Assembly (NCBI GenBank): GCA_963699175.1
Contig: OY969418.1
Coordinates: forward strand, 7,730,689-7,794,688
Origin: an uncultured Acidobacteriota bacterium
GTDB taxonomy: Bacteria; Acidobacteriota; Blastocatellia; RBC074
DNA: 64,000 bases
Direction: 5' to 3'
Positions 54,809 to 64,000 of the stretch are shown piece after piece. The number at the start of each line of letters is the position of its first letter. Positions within the stretch are counted from its first letter, which is position 1. The notes below the pieces were generated by a model. That model made no database searches. It worked only from the letters and a program-made list of their open reading frames with translations, and was not told the origin of the DNA. A program made the translations under genes and the position numbers.

Positions 54809-55942
54809 ATGCAGCAGCTTTTCCCGCAACGTCCGACCTGGGTTGAAATCTCGCTTCCGCGTCTCGTCCATAATTGCCACACGATCAAGAAACATTTGCC
54901 GCCGGATGTACAGTTGATGGCCGTGGTCAAAGCTGACGCCTACGGCCACGGCGCGGCGCGTTGCGCGCAAGTATTGGAGCAAGCAGGCGCGGACTGGTTC
55001 GGCGTGGCCTTGCTCGAAGAAGCTCTCGAATTGCGCGCCGCTGGCATCACCAAGCCGGTCTTTTGCCTTGGCGGATTTTGGCCCGCGCAGGCGGATGAAC
55101 TCATCGAGCTTGAATTGACGCCGGTGCTTTTTCGTTCGGATGCGGCGGTGGCTTTGAATGAACGGGCGCGGGCGCACAACCGCGTAGTCAACGTGCACGT
55201 GAAGGTTGACACCGGCATGGGGCGGCTCGGCGTGCCGCTGGCTGAATTGCCGAACTTCATTGCGGCTCTCAAACCGCTTGCGCATTTGCGGCTGGATGGG
55301 TTGATGACTCATCTCGCCAGCGCTGATGACGAAGACGCAACCTACACTGAAACCCAGACCGCTTTGTATGACGAAGCGTTGGCGCTGCTGCACGCGCATG
55401 GGTTTGCGCCCACTTGGCGACATCTGGCGAATACTGCGGGAATGCACGGCCATCCGCAGGCGCGCGGCAATCTGGTGCGTGCGGGAGCGATGCTTTACGG
55501 CTTGACGCGGGACATCTTGCGTCCGGGCAGTGTGCCGTGGCCGGTCGAGCCTGTGCTCTCGCTCCATTCGCGCGTGGCTTGGTTGAAGACGGTTCCGGCG
55601 GGCGCGGCCATCGGCTACGGCAGCACTTTCATCACGCAGCGCGCGAGCCGGATTGCAACGCTTCCGATTGGTTATGCGGATGGTTTGTCACGCGGATTGT
55701 CGAATCGGGGACGCGTGATTGTGCGCGGCTGTCATGCGCCGATTGTCGGGCGCGTGAGCATGGATTTGACGACGATTGATGTGACCGAGGTGCCAGGCGT
55801 GGCGTTGGATGACGAAGTCGTGTTGCTCGGTGAGCAGAATGGTTTGCGCATTACTGCGGAAGATTTGGCTGCGCAGCTTGGCACGGTCTCTTACGAGATT
55901 ATCACGGGCATCTCAGCCAGAGTGCCGCACGTTTATCGGTGA
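54809..55942 (+). CDS. alr: Alanine racemase
   Basis: RPTWVEISL, the PLP-Lys block AVVKADAYGHGA, and PIGYADG. The ATG at 54809 is preferred; a GTG at 54779 is possible. Confidence 0.9.
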   Translation: MQQLFPQRPTWVEISLPRLVHNCHTIKKHLPPDVQLMAVVKADAYGHGAARCAQVLEQAGADWFGVALLEEALELRAAGITKPVFCLGGFWPAQADELIELELTPVLFRSDAAVALNERARAHNRVVNVHVKVDTGMGRLGVPLAELPNFIAALKPLAHLRLDGLMTHLASADDEDATYTETQTALYDEALALLHAHGFAPTWRHLANTAGMHGHPQARGNLVRAGAMLYGLTRDILRPGSVPWPVEPVLSLHSRVAWLKTVPAGAAIGYGSTFITQRASRIATLPIGYADGLSRGLSNRGRVIVRGCHAPIVGRVSMDLTTIDVTEVPGVALDDEVVLLGEQNGLRITAEDLAAQLGTVSYEIITGISARVPHVYR

Positions 55943-55961
55943 CGGTTGCCAGTGAGTTTGC

Positions 55962-57368
55962 TCACTCGCTGGTCGGGTTGGGGACGATGCGATAGCTTTC
56001 GTAGCGGAAGTTGAGCAGAATGCTATCGTCGGTCTCCGCTCTGACCACCACCTGATAAGCCGCTGGGAAAGTCTCGTGCCCGTCTTTTTTCAACTGTTTC
56101 TTCAATTCGAGCAGGTGTTCGGGCGAACTGAAAAACTCCGCCGCTGCTTGTGTGCCAGCCGAATTGACGCCCGAAAAGATCACCGTGCGGTGTTGCTGGC
56201 TGAATGAGCTTTCGCTGGGCAATACCGTAATCAGCCCATAAACCAGCGCCAGCCGATTCTGCTGATCACGTTTCATCGCATAGCGTACTGCCGGAGTTTG
56301 GTTCGGCCCTGTGCTGAAAATGGCATCGAGGTAGTTGACCCGCAACGGGCATTTTTCCAGAAAGTGCGCCACGGCAGGGCTGTACTCAGGCGTGCCGAAG
56401 AAGATCACATTGCGCCGGCGCAAGGTCGGAATGGTGATCACTTTTTCGGGAAACATCTGCGGCGTGACTCCCGCCGTATGCAAAGCTCTGAGCGCCATCA
56501 GCGCGCCCAGCGTATCGCCCCAATAGGTGGCATTGGTGGTTATGGTTAGTGAGAAGGTTGCGTCGGCGCTCGCGCTGTAGCGCGTTTTGTACAAGTCGTA
56601 CAGTGGCGCAGGCATAGGCCGCGCTCCCGGATCGTTGAAGGGAAGTGGAGAAGCGGTGGCCGTCGCTGGCGCAATTAAGGGATGCACTGAAAAGCTGGCT
56701 GGATTGGCAACACAAAGCATTACCTCGGCGTTTGGCGCAAGCAACGGCCCCCAGGCTTCAGCCATAATCGGCACGAGGTTGTGCAGGGCAGCGTTGGAGG
56801 CCTGCCGAGCCACGCTCAACAGGTAGATAGCAGCAGCGAGCAGCCCCATTGCCACCACCCCGGCGCTGAAGGCCAAGAGCCGGCTTCGCTTCCAGCCAGT
56901 CTGTCTTACCTCAGCCGGCAATAGCTCGGCCTGTGCAGTTGCCACGGGCACAAGCTGCTGAGAGACCTGAGCTACCAACGCCCCATCGCCATTCGTGTTT
57001 GGTTGCAACTGCGCTTCAACAAAGTGTGGGCAGTAGGAGCCTTTCGTCAACTCAATATGGAGGGCGGCATCGGGCTGCTCGTGTTCATAAAATTCTTGCA
57101 GCTTCTTGCGCAGCGCAAACGCCCGGTTGCGCACCGCCGAATCATCGCCCGGCGAATAATTAGCGGGCCGCCCCAACGCTTCAATGCCAATCAGATATTC
57201 GGTCAACTCGTGGCCGCGCCCGGCAATCTCCATTTCACAGACGTACTTCAGGAAACTTTTTAATTGATCGGCCCGGGCAAAGGTGTGGCTGTGCAACGCG
57301 GCCTCAAGCGCCGCGCGCTTCTGCTCGCTGCTCACAGACTGGCTGGTGTCGAAGGCCGTCTCGCGCAT
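55962..57368 (-). CDS. Hypothetical single-pass membrane protein (N-terminal cytoplasmic helical domain, large extracytoplasmic domain)
   Basis: The long ORF has codon usage consistent with its neighbours and a TM LLAFSAGVVAMGLLAAAIYLL. I recognise no motif. Confidence 0.5.
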   Translation of the reverse strand: MRETAFDTSQSVSSEQKRAALEAALHSHTFARADQLKSFLKYVCEMEIAGRGHELTEYLIGIEALGRPANYSPGDDSAVRNRAFALRKKLQEFYEHEQPDAALHIELTKGSYCPHFVEAQLQPNTNGDGALVAQVSQQLVPVATAQAELLPAEVRQTGWKRSRLLAFSAGVVAMGLLAAAIYLLSVARQASNAALHNLVPIMAEAWGPLLAPNAEVMLCVANPASFSVHPLIAPATATASPLPFNDPGARPMPAPLYDLYKTRYSASADATFSLTITTNATYWGDTLGALMALRALHTAGVTPQMFPEKVITIPTLRRRNVIFFGTPEYSPAVAHFLEKCPLRVNYLDAIFSTGPNQTPAVRYAMKRDQQNRLALVYGLITVLPSESSFSQQHRTVIFSGVNSAGTQAAAEFFSSPEHLLELKKQLKKDGHETFPAAYQVVVRAETDDSILLNFRYESYRIVPNPTSE

Positions 57369-57622
57369 AAGTGCTTTGGTCAAGTCATTTTTGCCGTAGG
57401 GGAAACAGTGCGGGGAGATGTTAGCAAACGTTTTGTAACGTTCCAATACTTGTCAGACATTTATCGTAGCAGTACAACAATTTCGCTTTGTTGTCGCTTT
57501 CCTACCGTTGTAACTAACAGAAGATAAACAAACCGACTGGCTTTGCTTTTTCCGATTCGTTTTACCCGTCTGCGGCTTTCGCGGCAAGCGTTGCTCACTC
57601 AATTTCACTTGGGGTGGTGATG

Positions 57623-57716
57623 GTTCGACAAGCCGGCAGAACTTGTCGGAGGCTCGGCTAGCGAATCATTGGGTTTGACGATTAAACCTAGGACAAGCTC
57701 TGTCAGCTTGTCGAAC
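57623..57716. repeat. REP-B double-hairpin palindrome copy
   Basis: GTTCGACAAGCCGGCAGAACTTGTCGGA ... TAGGACAAGCTCTGTCAGCTTGTCGAAC. Same CGACAAGC/GCTTGTCG core as 29756-29839. Confidence 0.75.
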
Positions 57717-57727
57717 AGGAGAGGTCA

Positions 57728-58216
57728 ATGCGCTACGTAATGAAAAAGAAGTTGTTCGCCATTGGCGATGACTTCTACATCAAGGACGAAGACGGCAACA
57801 AGGTATTCTACGTTGACGGCAAAGCCTTCAGCCTCGGCGACAAGTTTTCCTTCCAAGACCTTGCGGGCAACGAACTGGCCTACATCAAACAAAAACTGCT
57901 GGCGCTGACGCCGAGCTACGAAATTCATCGCGGCGGCGAATTGTACGCGGTCGTCAAGAAAGACTTCTTCAACTTCTTCATCTGCGGCTACACGGTGGAT
58001 GTGCCAGGGCCGGATGATCTGCGCGCCGAGGGCGATCTGTTCGATCACGAGTACGAATTCAGACGTGGCGGGCAGGTCGTCGCCACCGTAACCAAACGCT
58101 GGTTTTCGTGGACTGACACTTACGGCGTCGAAGTTGCGCCGGGCGAAGACGATGTGCTGATGCTGGCCAGCACGGTCGTCATTGAAATGGCTTGCCACAA
58201 GGAGAAAGAAGATTAA
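57728..58216 (+). CDS. LURP-one-related (DUF567, tubby C-terminal-like) protein
   Basis: KLFAIGDDFYIKDEDGNKVFYVDGKAFSLGDKFSFQDLAGNELAYIKQKLL and YEIHRGGELYAVVKK are typical of the family. Confidence 0.7.
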   Translation: MRYVMKKKLFAIGDDFYIKDEDGNKVFYVDGKAFSLGDKFSFQDLAGNELAYIKQKLLALTPSYEIHRGGELYAVVKKDFFNFFICGYTVDVPGPDDLRAEGDLFDHEYEFRRGGQVVATVTKRWFSWTDTYGVEVAPGEDDVLMLASTVVIEMACHKEKED

Positions 58217-58283
58217 GGCGTGGGGCGCTCACGCCGATTTCAGCAAACACTCTCACCTATCAACCATGCAACAGGAGGCATCA

Positions 58284-61200
58284 ATGCGAAGAAGAATGGC
58301 GGTTTTAGCAGCGATTTTGCTGGCGTGCGTAACGGCGTTCGGGCAATCGGATCGCGGCACGATCAGCGGGCGCATCACCGACAACACAGGCGCGGCTGTC
58401 CCCGGCGCAAAGGTCGTCGTGAGCAATTTGGCGACGGGCGCAGGCTCGACGGTCACGACGACTGGCGAAGGCTTGTACACCGTTCCGGCGCTGCCCGCGG
58501 GCACTTATAAGGTCAAGGTCGAAAAGACCGGCTTCAAGGCGGCGGAAGTAAATGGTGTCACCTTGGTAGTCGGCAACAACGCCAATGCCGATGTGGCGCT
58601 CGAAGTCGGGCAAGTTTCGGAGACTGTCCAAATCACCACCGATGTGGCGCAGGTGCAGACCGAGAACGCCAAAATCTCTTCGCAGGTCTCCAACAAGCAG
58701 ATTGACGAGTTGCCATTGGTCGTGAGCGGCACGATGCGCAGCCCATTTGATCTGTCGTTGCTGACGCCGGAGTCGAAGCCGCTCGGGTTGGGCGGCGATG
58801 CGGGGGTGCAAGGCCCCGGTTACACTTCCAACTTTTCTATCGGCGGTGGCCAGGGCGGCACCTGGGGCATTACGCTCGACGGCGCTTCCTCCGCCACCAG
58901 CCGCTTTGGCTCGACCGAATGGTCCAGTCTGAACACGCCTTCGATTGACGCCATCACGGAATTTTCGGTGGATACCAACGGCTTCAAAGCCGAATCCGGG
59001 CGCGGGCAAGGCGGCACGCTGGTCTTCGCGTCGAAATCGGGCACAAATCAATACCACGGCACGGTCTACGAATACGGGCGCAACAGCTTCTTTGACGCGC
59101 GCAACTATTTCGAGAACACGCGCAGCGTGCTCAAACAGCACGATTACGGGTTGACCTTTGGCGGCCCCGTCTGGATTCCAAAAATCTATAATGGCAAGAA
59201 CAAGACCTTCTTCTTCGGCTCGGTGGAATGGTTCAAGAACCGCGCCGGATCAGGCGCCTTCACCACCACCGTGCCGACACCCGAAATGTACAAGGGCGAT
59301 TTCAGCAAGTGGGTGGATTCGACCGGCAAACAGCAGATCATTTACGATCCGGCAACGACACGCGCCAATCCGAACTACAATCCCAATGCGGCGATCAGCG
59401 AGTCGAACCCGCGCTTTATCCGTGACCCCTTCCCCGGCAACATTATTCCGGCCAACCGCATCAGCCCGCTGGCGCAGAAGTATCTGGACTACGTCGGCAA
59501 CACGGTCTTCCCGAACGCGGCGGGTGCGCCCGGCACCTACGCCTACGTCAACCAGAACTTCAAAAGCTTCGCGGGCAGCTCGCTCTTCCCGTGGACGAAG
59601 TGGAGCGTAAAGGTTGACCACAACTTTAACGAGCGACACAAAATCAGCGGCCTCTACAACTACGGTTTGAGCGAAGTGCTGCCCGGCGTAGATGGTTACC
59701 CGCAACTGCCCGCTTCCGTCAGCAACTTCCGCTTCACACACCAGGACAGCCACGTCTATCGTGCCAACTACACTGCGACGATCACCCCGACGTTGGTCAA
59801 TTACCTCTACGGCGGCGTCAATTGGTGGAAGCAGTTCAACTATACGCCAAACATCGGCGGCGGCTGGAAGGCCAAAGGCATCTGTCTACCCGGCGCTTTC
59901 AATTGCGATGAGGCGCTGTTGCAGCTCGAATACCAGAGCGACGGTTATGCCACCTGGGGCGGCTCGAATGGCGACGGCTCGGAAAATCCGATCTTCACTT
60001 TCGGCGACGATCTCACCTATATCAAAGGCCGCCACACTATCAAGGGCGGCTACCTATACGAGCGGCTGCACTACAACGGCTTCGGACGGCAGACGCTGGC
60101 CGGACTGGTGCGTGTGAGCCGCGCTCAAACGAGCATCCCGCAAAGCAGTAATGCGACGCTGGGTGGTGGCAACAGCTTTGCCTCTTTCCTGCTCGGCGAA
60201 GTCAACAGCGCGCAGACTGAGAACGACCGCTTTGTGCGCCAATACTGGCGCGGCCACGCGGCTTACATCCAGGACGACTGGAAGGTGAACTCTAAACTGA
60301 CGCTTAACTTCGGCCTGCGCTACGACGTGACGTTGCCGCCGCTCGAACGCGACGACAAGTGGAGTGACTTTGATCCGTTCACGCCCAATCCGAGTGCCAA
60401 CAACCGGCTGGGTGCGCTGCGCTTCGCGGGCTTTGAAGCGGGCGAAGTCGGCAAGCGCACGCTGGTTGAAGGTTGGTACGGAGGTTGGGGGCCGCGCTTC
60501 AGCTTTGCGTATGCGTGGAACGACAAGACGGTTATTCGCGGCGGTGTCGGACGCACCTTCGGTTATGTCCGCACCACTTCCGGCAGTACGCACTTCGACG
60601 GCGCGATTCAGATCTACAGCGTCAATTCGCCGGACGGCATCAACCGCCTGTTCAAGCTTGATGAGGGTTTCATCGTCAACGGCGCCAACACCGTGCCGCA
60701 GCCGCCGAGCACCAATCCCGGCTTTAACACCAACGCCGATGTGCCCTGGTGGCAGGGGCAGGAAGTCTCGCGCCTGCCGGAGAATTGGAACTGGACTTTG
60801 TCGGTGCAACGCGAATTGCCGGGCAAGTTCCTGGTCGAAGCTTCATACAATGCGAGCATCGGCGTTCACCTGATCGCTGGCTTGGTCAACGTCAACCAAT
60901 TGGATTCGAAGTACGTCTACGACCCGCGCGTCAACCCGTTGCGGGGTCTGGCGATTACCAACTCGGCGGTCGTGGCGGCGGGCTTCACCAAACCTTACGC
61001 ATCTTTCCCGGACAACCTCGCGCTGGAGCGCGCACTGCGCCCGTTCCCGCAATACGCGAACATCAACACGTGGGCTGGCAACGGCGACCGCAGCGGTCAT
61101 TCGACCTATCACGCAGCGGTGCTGAAGATGGAGCGGCGCGTGTCGGACGGTGTTTACCTGCAAGGCTCTTACGTTTTCTCAAAGATGCTGAGCAACGCCG

Positions 61201-61868
61201 ATGTGGTGGACGCAGGTGCGCCACGGGCACTGGATCAGTACAACCGCCAATGGGAGAAGTCGGTCAGCCAATTTGACCTGCCGCACAACTTCAAGTTCAG
61301 CTACATCCTCGACGCGCCCTTCGGTAAAGGGAAGAAGTTTGATATGGGTCGCGCTGGCAACCTGATCGTCGGCGGCTGGCGCTTCTCGGCGATTCACGTC
61401 TACACCAGTGGTCAGCCGATCCAATTGACGGGCGGCGCGGTCAGCTTGGGCGGGCGGAGTGCGGCGCTCGTCAAGACGCTCGACGGTTGGGTGGTAAACA
61501 TCCCTGATAATCCAAACATCCGGGCTACGAGCGGGTTCACTAGCTACTTCGCCAACGTCTGCTCAATCGCGCAGTTCTGCAATGCCGCCGGGACAGTAGT
61601 GGGGCAAACCGACCGGCTGGGCAACGCACCGCGCTTTAACGGCAAGGCGCGCCGCCAGGCCAACCTGGGCGAGAACATCTCGCTGCAAAAAAGCTTCCAG
61701 TTCACCGAGCGCTTCAAACTGGACTTCCGCTGGGAGGTCTTCAACGTCTTCAACCGAGTGGTCTTCAACGCGCCAGACAGCAGTATCACCAACCAAACCT
61801 TCGGACGCATCACGAGCCAATTCAATAGCCCGCGCCAGATGCAGTTCGGGTTGAAGCTCTATTTCTAG
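58284..61868 (+). CDS. TonB-dependent receptor with N-terminal carboxypeptidase-regulatory-like domain
   Basis: AGGAGG SD and ATG at 58284, followed by a signal peptide. GTISGRITDNTGAAVPGAKVVVSNLATG...YTVPALPAGTYKVKVEKTGFK. The C-terminus is QFGLKLYF. Confidence 0.85.
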   Translation: MRRRMAVLAAILLACVTAFGQSDRGTISGRITDNTGAAVPGAKVVVSNLATGAGSTVTTTGEGLYTVPALPAGTYKVKVEKTGFKAAEVNGVTLVVGNNANADVALEVGQVSETVQITTDVAQVQTENAKISSQVSNKQIDELPLVVSGTMRSPFDLSLLTPESKPLGLGGDAGVQGPGYTSNFSIGGGQGGTWGITLDGASSATSRFGSTEWSSLNTPSIDAITEFSVDTNGFKAESGRGQGGTLVFASKSGTNQYHGTVYEYGRNSFFDARNYFENTRSVLKQHDYGLTFGGPVWIPKIYNGKNKTFFFGSVEWFKNRAGSGAFTTTVPTPEMYKGDFSKWVDSTGKQQIIYDPATTRANPNYNPNAAISESNPRFIRDPFPGNIIPANRISPLAQKYLDYVGNTVFPNAAGAPGTYAYVNQNFKSFAGSSLFPWTKWSVKVDHNFNERHKISGLYNYGLSEVLPGVDGYPQLPASVSNFRFTHQDSHVYRANYTATITPTLVNYLYGGVNWWKQFNYTPNIGGGWKAKGICLPGAFNCDEALLQLEYQSDGYATWGGSNGDGSENPIFTFGDDLTYIKGRHTIKGGYLYERLHYNGFGRQTLAGLVRVSRAQTSIPQSSNATLGGGNSFASFLLGEVNSAQTENDRFVRQYWRGHAAYIQDDWKVNSKLTLNFGLRYDVTLPPLERDDKWSDFDPFTPNPSANNRLGALRFAGFEAGEVGKRTLVEGWYGGWGPRFSFAYAWNDKTVIRGGVGRTFGYVRTTSGSTHFDGAIQIYSVNSPDGINRLFKLDEGFIVNGANTVPQPPSTNPGFNTNADVPWWQGQEVSRLPENWNWTLSVQRELPGKFLVEASYNASIGVHLIAGLVNVNQLDSKYVYDPRVNPLRGLAITNSAVVAAGFTKPYASFPDNLALERALRPFPQYANINTWAGNGDRSGHSTYHAAVLKMERRVSDGVYLQGSYVFSKMLSNADVVDAGAPRALDQYNRQWEKSVSQFDLPHNFKFSYILDAPFGKGKKFDMGRAGNLIVGGWRFSAIHVYTSGQPIQLTGGAVSLGGRSAALVKTLDGWVVNIPDNPNIRATSGFTSYFANVCSIAQFCNAAGTVVGQTDRLGNAPRFNGKARRQANLGENISLQKSFQFTERFKLDFRWEVFNVFNRVVFNAPDSSITNQTFGRITSQFNSPRQMQFGLKLYF

Positions 61869-61891
61869 GCTTCGGAAGGAAGCGAAACTAG

Positions 61892-61935
61892 CGAGCGGCT
61901 GTAGACCATTCCACAGCCGCTCGTTCGGCTTTCAC
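61892..61935 (+). terminator. Putative intrinsic terminator
   Basis: An 11-bp stem CGAGCGGCTGT/ACAGCCGCTCG is followed by TTCGGCTTTC. Confidence 0.55.
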
Positions 61936-61976
61936 TGTAATAGCTGCGCAAGCTTCGCGGTTTCATAGGAGAATCA

Positions 61977-64000
61977 ATGGAAAAGAAAATCCGTACAATG
62001 CTGCTCGTGATAAGCAGCGTGTTGCTGCTCTCCACTTTGGCCAGCACCTGCCAAGCGCAAACGCAAGGCGAGATCACTGGCGTCATTACCGATGCTGGCG
62101 GCGCCATCGTGCAAGGCGCGACCGTGACCGTTACGAATATTGCGACCGGCGCGCCGCGCGTCAATACCAGCAACGATGCCGGTGTTTACAGCTTCCCGGC
62201 GCTGCTGCCAGGCGTCTACACGGTGCGCATCGAAAAGAGCGGTTTCAAGTCAGCCATGCGCAACGAGATTCAGTTGCAGGTCCAACAGACTGTGCGCTTG
62301 GACATAACGCTAGAGGTCGGCAATGTCGGCGAGACCGTCACGATCACAGGTGGCGCGCCGCTGCTTTCGCAAGAGAGCACGACCGTCGGCACCGTGATTG
62401 AAAACAAACGCATCGTGGATTTGCCGCTCAACGGGCGCAACTTCCTGCAACTGGTCGCCACCGCGCCCAACGTCAGCTTCGGTTTTCAGAACGCCGGGCA
62501 GGCCGGTTCGCGCCAGGGCGGTTCGCGCGCCGCTCAAAACATCTCGGTCGCGGGGCAGCGCAGCTACTACAACCGCTTCACGATTGACGGCATCGAGAAT
62601 ACGGACGTGAACTTCAACACGCCGATCATCTTCCCTTCGATTGACGCGCTCCAAGAGTTCAAAGTCCAGACCGGCATCTTCCCGGCGGAGTTTGGGCGCG
62701 CCTCGACGCAGATCAACATCTCTACCAAATCGGGCACACGCGAATATCACGGTGCGTTGTTTGAATTCCTGCGCAACGACGTGCTCGACGCGCGCACTTA
62801 CGACTTCACGGGCAGACGCGCGAAGACCGCGCCGAAAGAGCCATTCAAGTGGAACCAGTACGGCTTCACGCTGGGTGGCCCGGTCTGGCTGCCGAAGAAG
62901 CTATTCGGCCCGCTCGGTTACGAGAACAAAGAACGCATTTTCTTTCTGACCAACTTCGAGGGCTATCGCGACCGCAAGGTGCTGCTGGGGCGCTACAGTT
63001 TGCCGCCCGTGGCCTGGTATGACGGCGATTTCTCCAAGCTGGCGAACCCAATTTACGACCCGCTGACGCGCACACAGTTCCCCGGCAACATCATTCCGAA
63101 AAATCGCATTCACCCGACCTCGGTCAAGTTGCTGGAGTTTTATCCGCGTCCGACGCTCAATCCCAACGCGCTCGGCACCAACCACGAGCAGTTGAACCGC
63201 CGCTTGATTGACAAGGATCAGTTCATTGCGCGCGGCGATTTTATCGAGAGCGCGAAGTCCAGTTGGTCGGGACGCTACAGCACGGGCGACGAAGTGCAGC
63301 TCGATCCTGGGTTGAAGCTCAACGGCACGAAGCTGCTGACTACTGTTTACCAGGTGATGGCCTCCAACACGCGCACCTTGAGCGCCAGCATGGTCAACGA
63401 GGCGCGCTTTGGCTACAACTCATTCTTCAACAGCTTGGGGCGCGAACTGGCCAACTCGCGCGATGTGGTCAGCGAGCTAAAGATTCCCGGCATCGAACCG
63501 GGGCCGCCCATCTCGTGGGGCATTCCCAACATCAGCCTGATCGGTTTCTCCGGCTTCGGCGACGATTCCGAAGGGCCGTATGTCAATACCAACAAGACTT
63601 ATCAGTTCGTGGACAACTTTACCTGGACGTTGAGTAACCACAGTCTGCGCTTCGGCGGCGAGTTGCGTTGGGATCAATACAACCAGGTGGGCAATCAGTT
63701 CGCGCGCGCGCAATTCCAGTTCGAGCCGAACGCCACCACGAACGCGGGCGCGGCCAACACCGGCAACACATTTGCTGAATTCCTGCTCGGCTATTCCAAA
63801 CGCTCCGAAGTGTCGGTCTCGTTGGCGCAGGCGCAGTTCCGCGCTTTAGACAAATACTTCTACATAGACGATGCGTGGAAGGTGACGCCGAAGCTAACGC
63901 TCAACGTGGGTTTACGTTATGAATACACGCCGCCGTGGTTCGACAAGACGGGGCGGCTGGTGAACATCCACGTGCCCTTTCTGGACAACACGCCGAATGT
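61977..64000 (+). CDS. Second TonB-dependent receptor with CarboxypepD_reg-like domain; the 3' end is outside the window
   Basis: It is absent from the ORF track because no stop falls inside the window. My hand translation from the ATG at 61977 gives MEKKIRTMLLVISSVLLLSTLASTCQAQTQGEITGVITDAGGAIVQGATVTVTNIATG...DLPLNGRNFLQL. I translated only the 5' part by hand. Confidence 0.8.
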   Translation, partial: MEKKIRTMLLVISSVLLLSTLASTCQAQTQGEITGVITDAGGAIVQGATVTVTNIATGAPRVNTSNDAGVYSFPALLPGVYTVRIEKSGFKSAMRNEIQLQVQQTVRLDITLEVGNVGETVTITGGAPLLSQESTTVGTVIENKRIVDLPLNGRNFLQLVATAPNVSFGFQNAGQAGSRQGGSRAAQNISVAGQRSYYNRFTIDGIENTDVNFNTPIIFPSIDALQEFKVQTGIFPAEFGRASTQINISTKSGTREYHGALFEFLRNDVLDARTYDFTGRRAKTAPKEPFKWNQYGFTLGGPVWLPKKLFGPLGYENKERIFFLTNFEGYRDRKVLLGRYSLPPVAWYDGDFSKLANPIYDPLTRTQFPGNIIPKNRIHPTSVKLLEFYPRPTLNPNALGTNHEQLNRRLIDKDQFIARGDFIESAKSSWSGRYSTGDEVQLDPGLKLNGTKLLTTVYQVMASNTRTLSASMVNEARFGYNSFFNSLGRELANSRDVVSELKIPGIEPGPPISWGIPNISLIGFSGFGDDSEGPYVNTNKTYQFVDNFTWTLSNHSLRFGGELRWDQYNQVGNQFARAQFQFEPNATTNAGAANTGNTFAEFLLGYSKRSEVSVSLAQAQFRALDKYFYIDDAWKVTPKLTLNVGLRYEYTPPWFDKTGRLVNIHVPFLDNTPN

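Overview
This is a 64-kb high-G+C bacterial chromosomal segment, most likely from Acidobacteriota. That call rests on recall: an ADOP-type duplicated FtsX permease and tandem CarboxypepD_reg-type TonB-dependent receptors are hallmark families of the phylum. About 50 genes are supported. The housekeeping backbone is a split methylmalonyl-CoA mutase, comF, and a classical ispE - tRNA-Gln - prs - rplY - pth - rpsF - rpsR - rplI - dnaB - alr run (48.4-55.9 kb). The unusual content is as follows. (i) An 8.4-kb same-strand island (29986-38412) has six consecutive genes combining FHA domains, C4 zinc ribbons, a Ser/Thr kinase, a GAF-PP2C phosphatase, a PrsW intramembrane protease, a TPR protein and an RDD protein; a zinc-ribbon rhomboid lies just beyond it. 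(ii) A REC-TIR gene and a stand-alone TIR gene sit in-line between the two mutase subunit genes. (iii) A translationally coupled pair encodes a cNMP-binding/4x[4Fe-4S]/membrane protein and an FHA-TM-heptahaem cytochrome, followed by a zinc-finger-less ClpX paralogue and a type III PKS. (iv) A PRTase-AMMECR1x2-QW-toroid fusion lies next to a B12-type radical SAM gene at the window edge. (v) A WD40-caspase gene has had its last 22 codons displaced by an IS982-family insertion, next to a VapBC pair. (vi) An IS110-family element is inserted at a CT core inside a REP-like hairpin and carries guide-like junction matches in its 5' non-coding arm. (vii) There are three families of intergenic palindromes, including hairpins whose arms are tandem 7-nt repeats with a different unit at every locus. 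All family assignments come from motif recognition by eye; no searches or computations were run.
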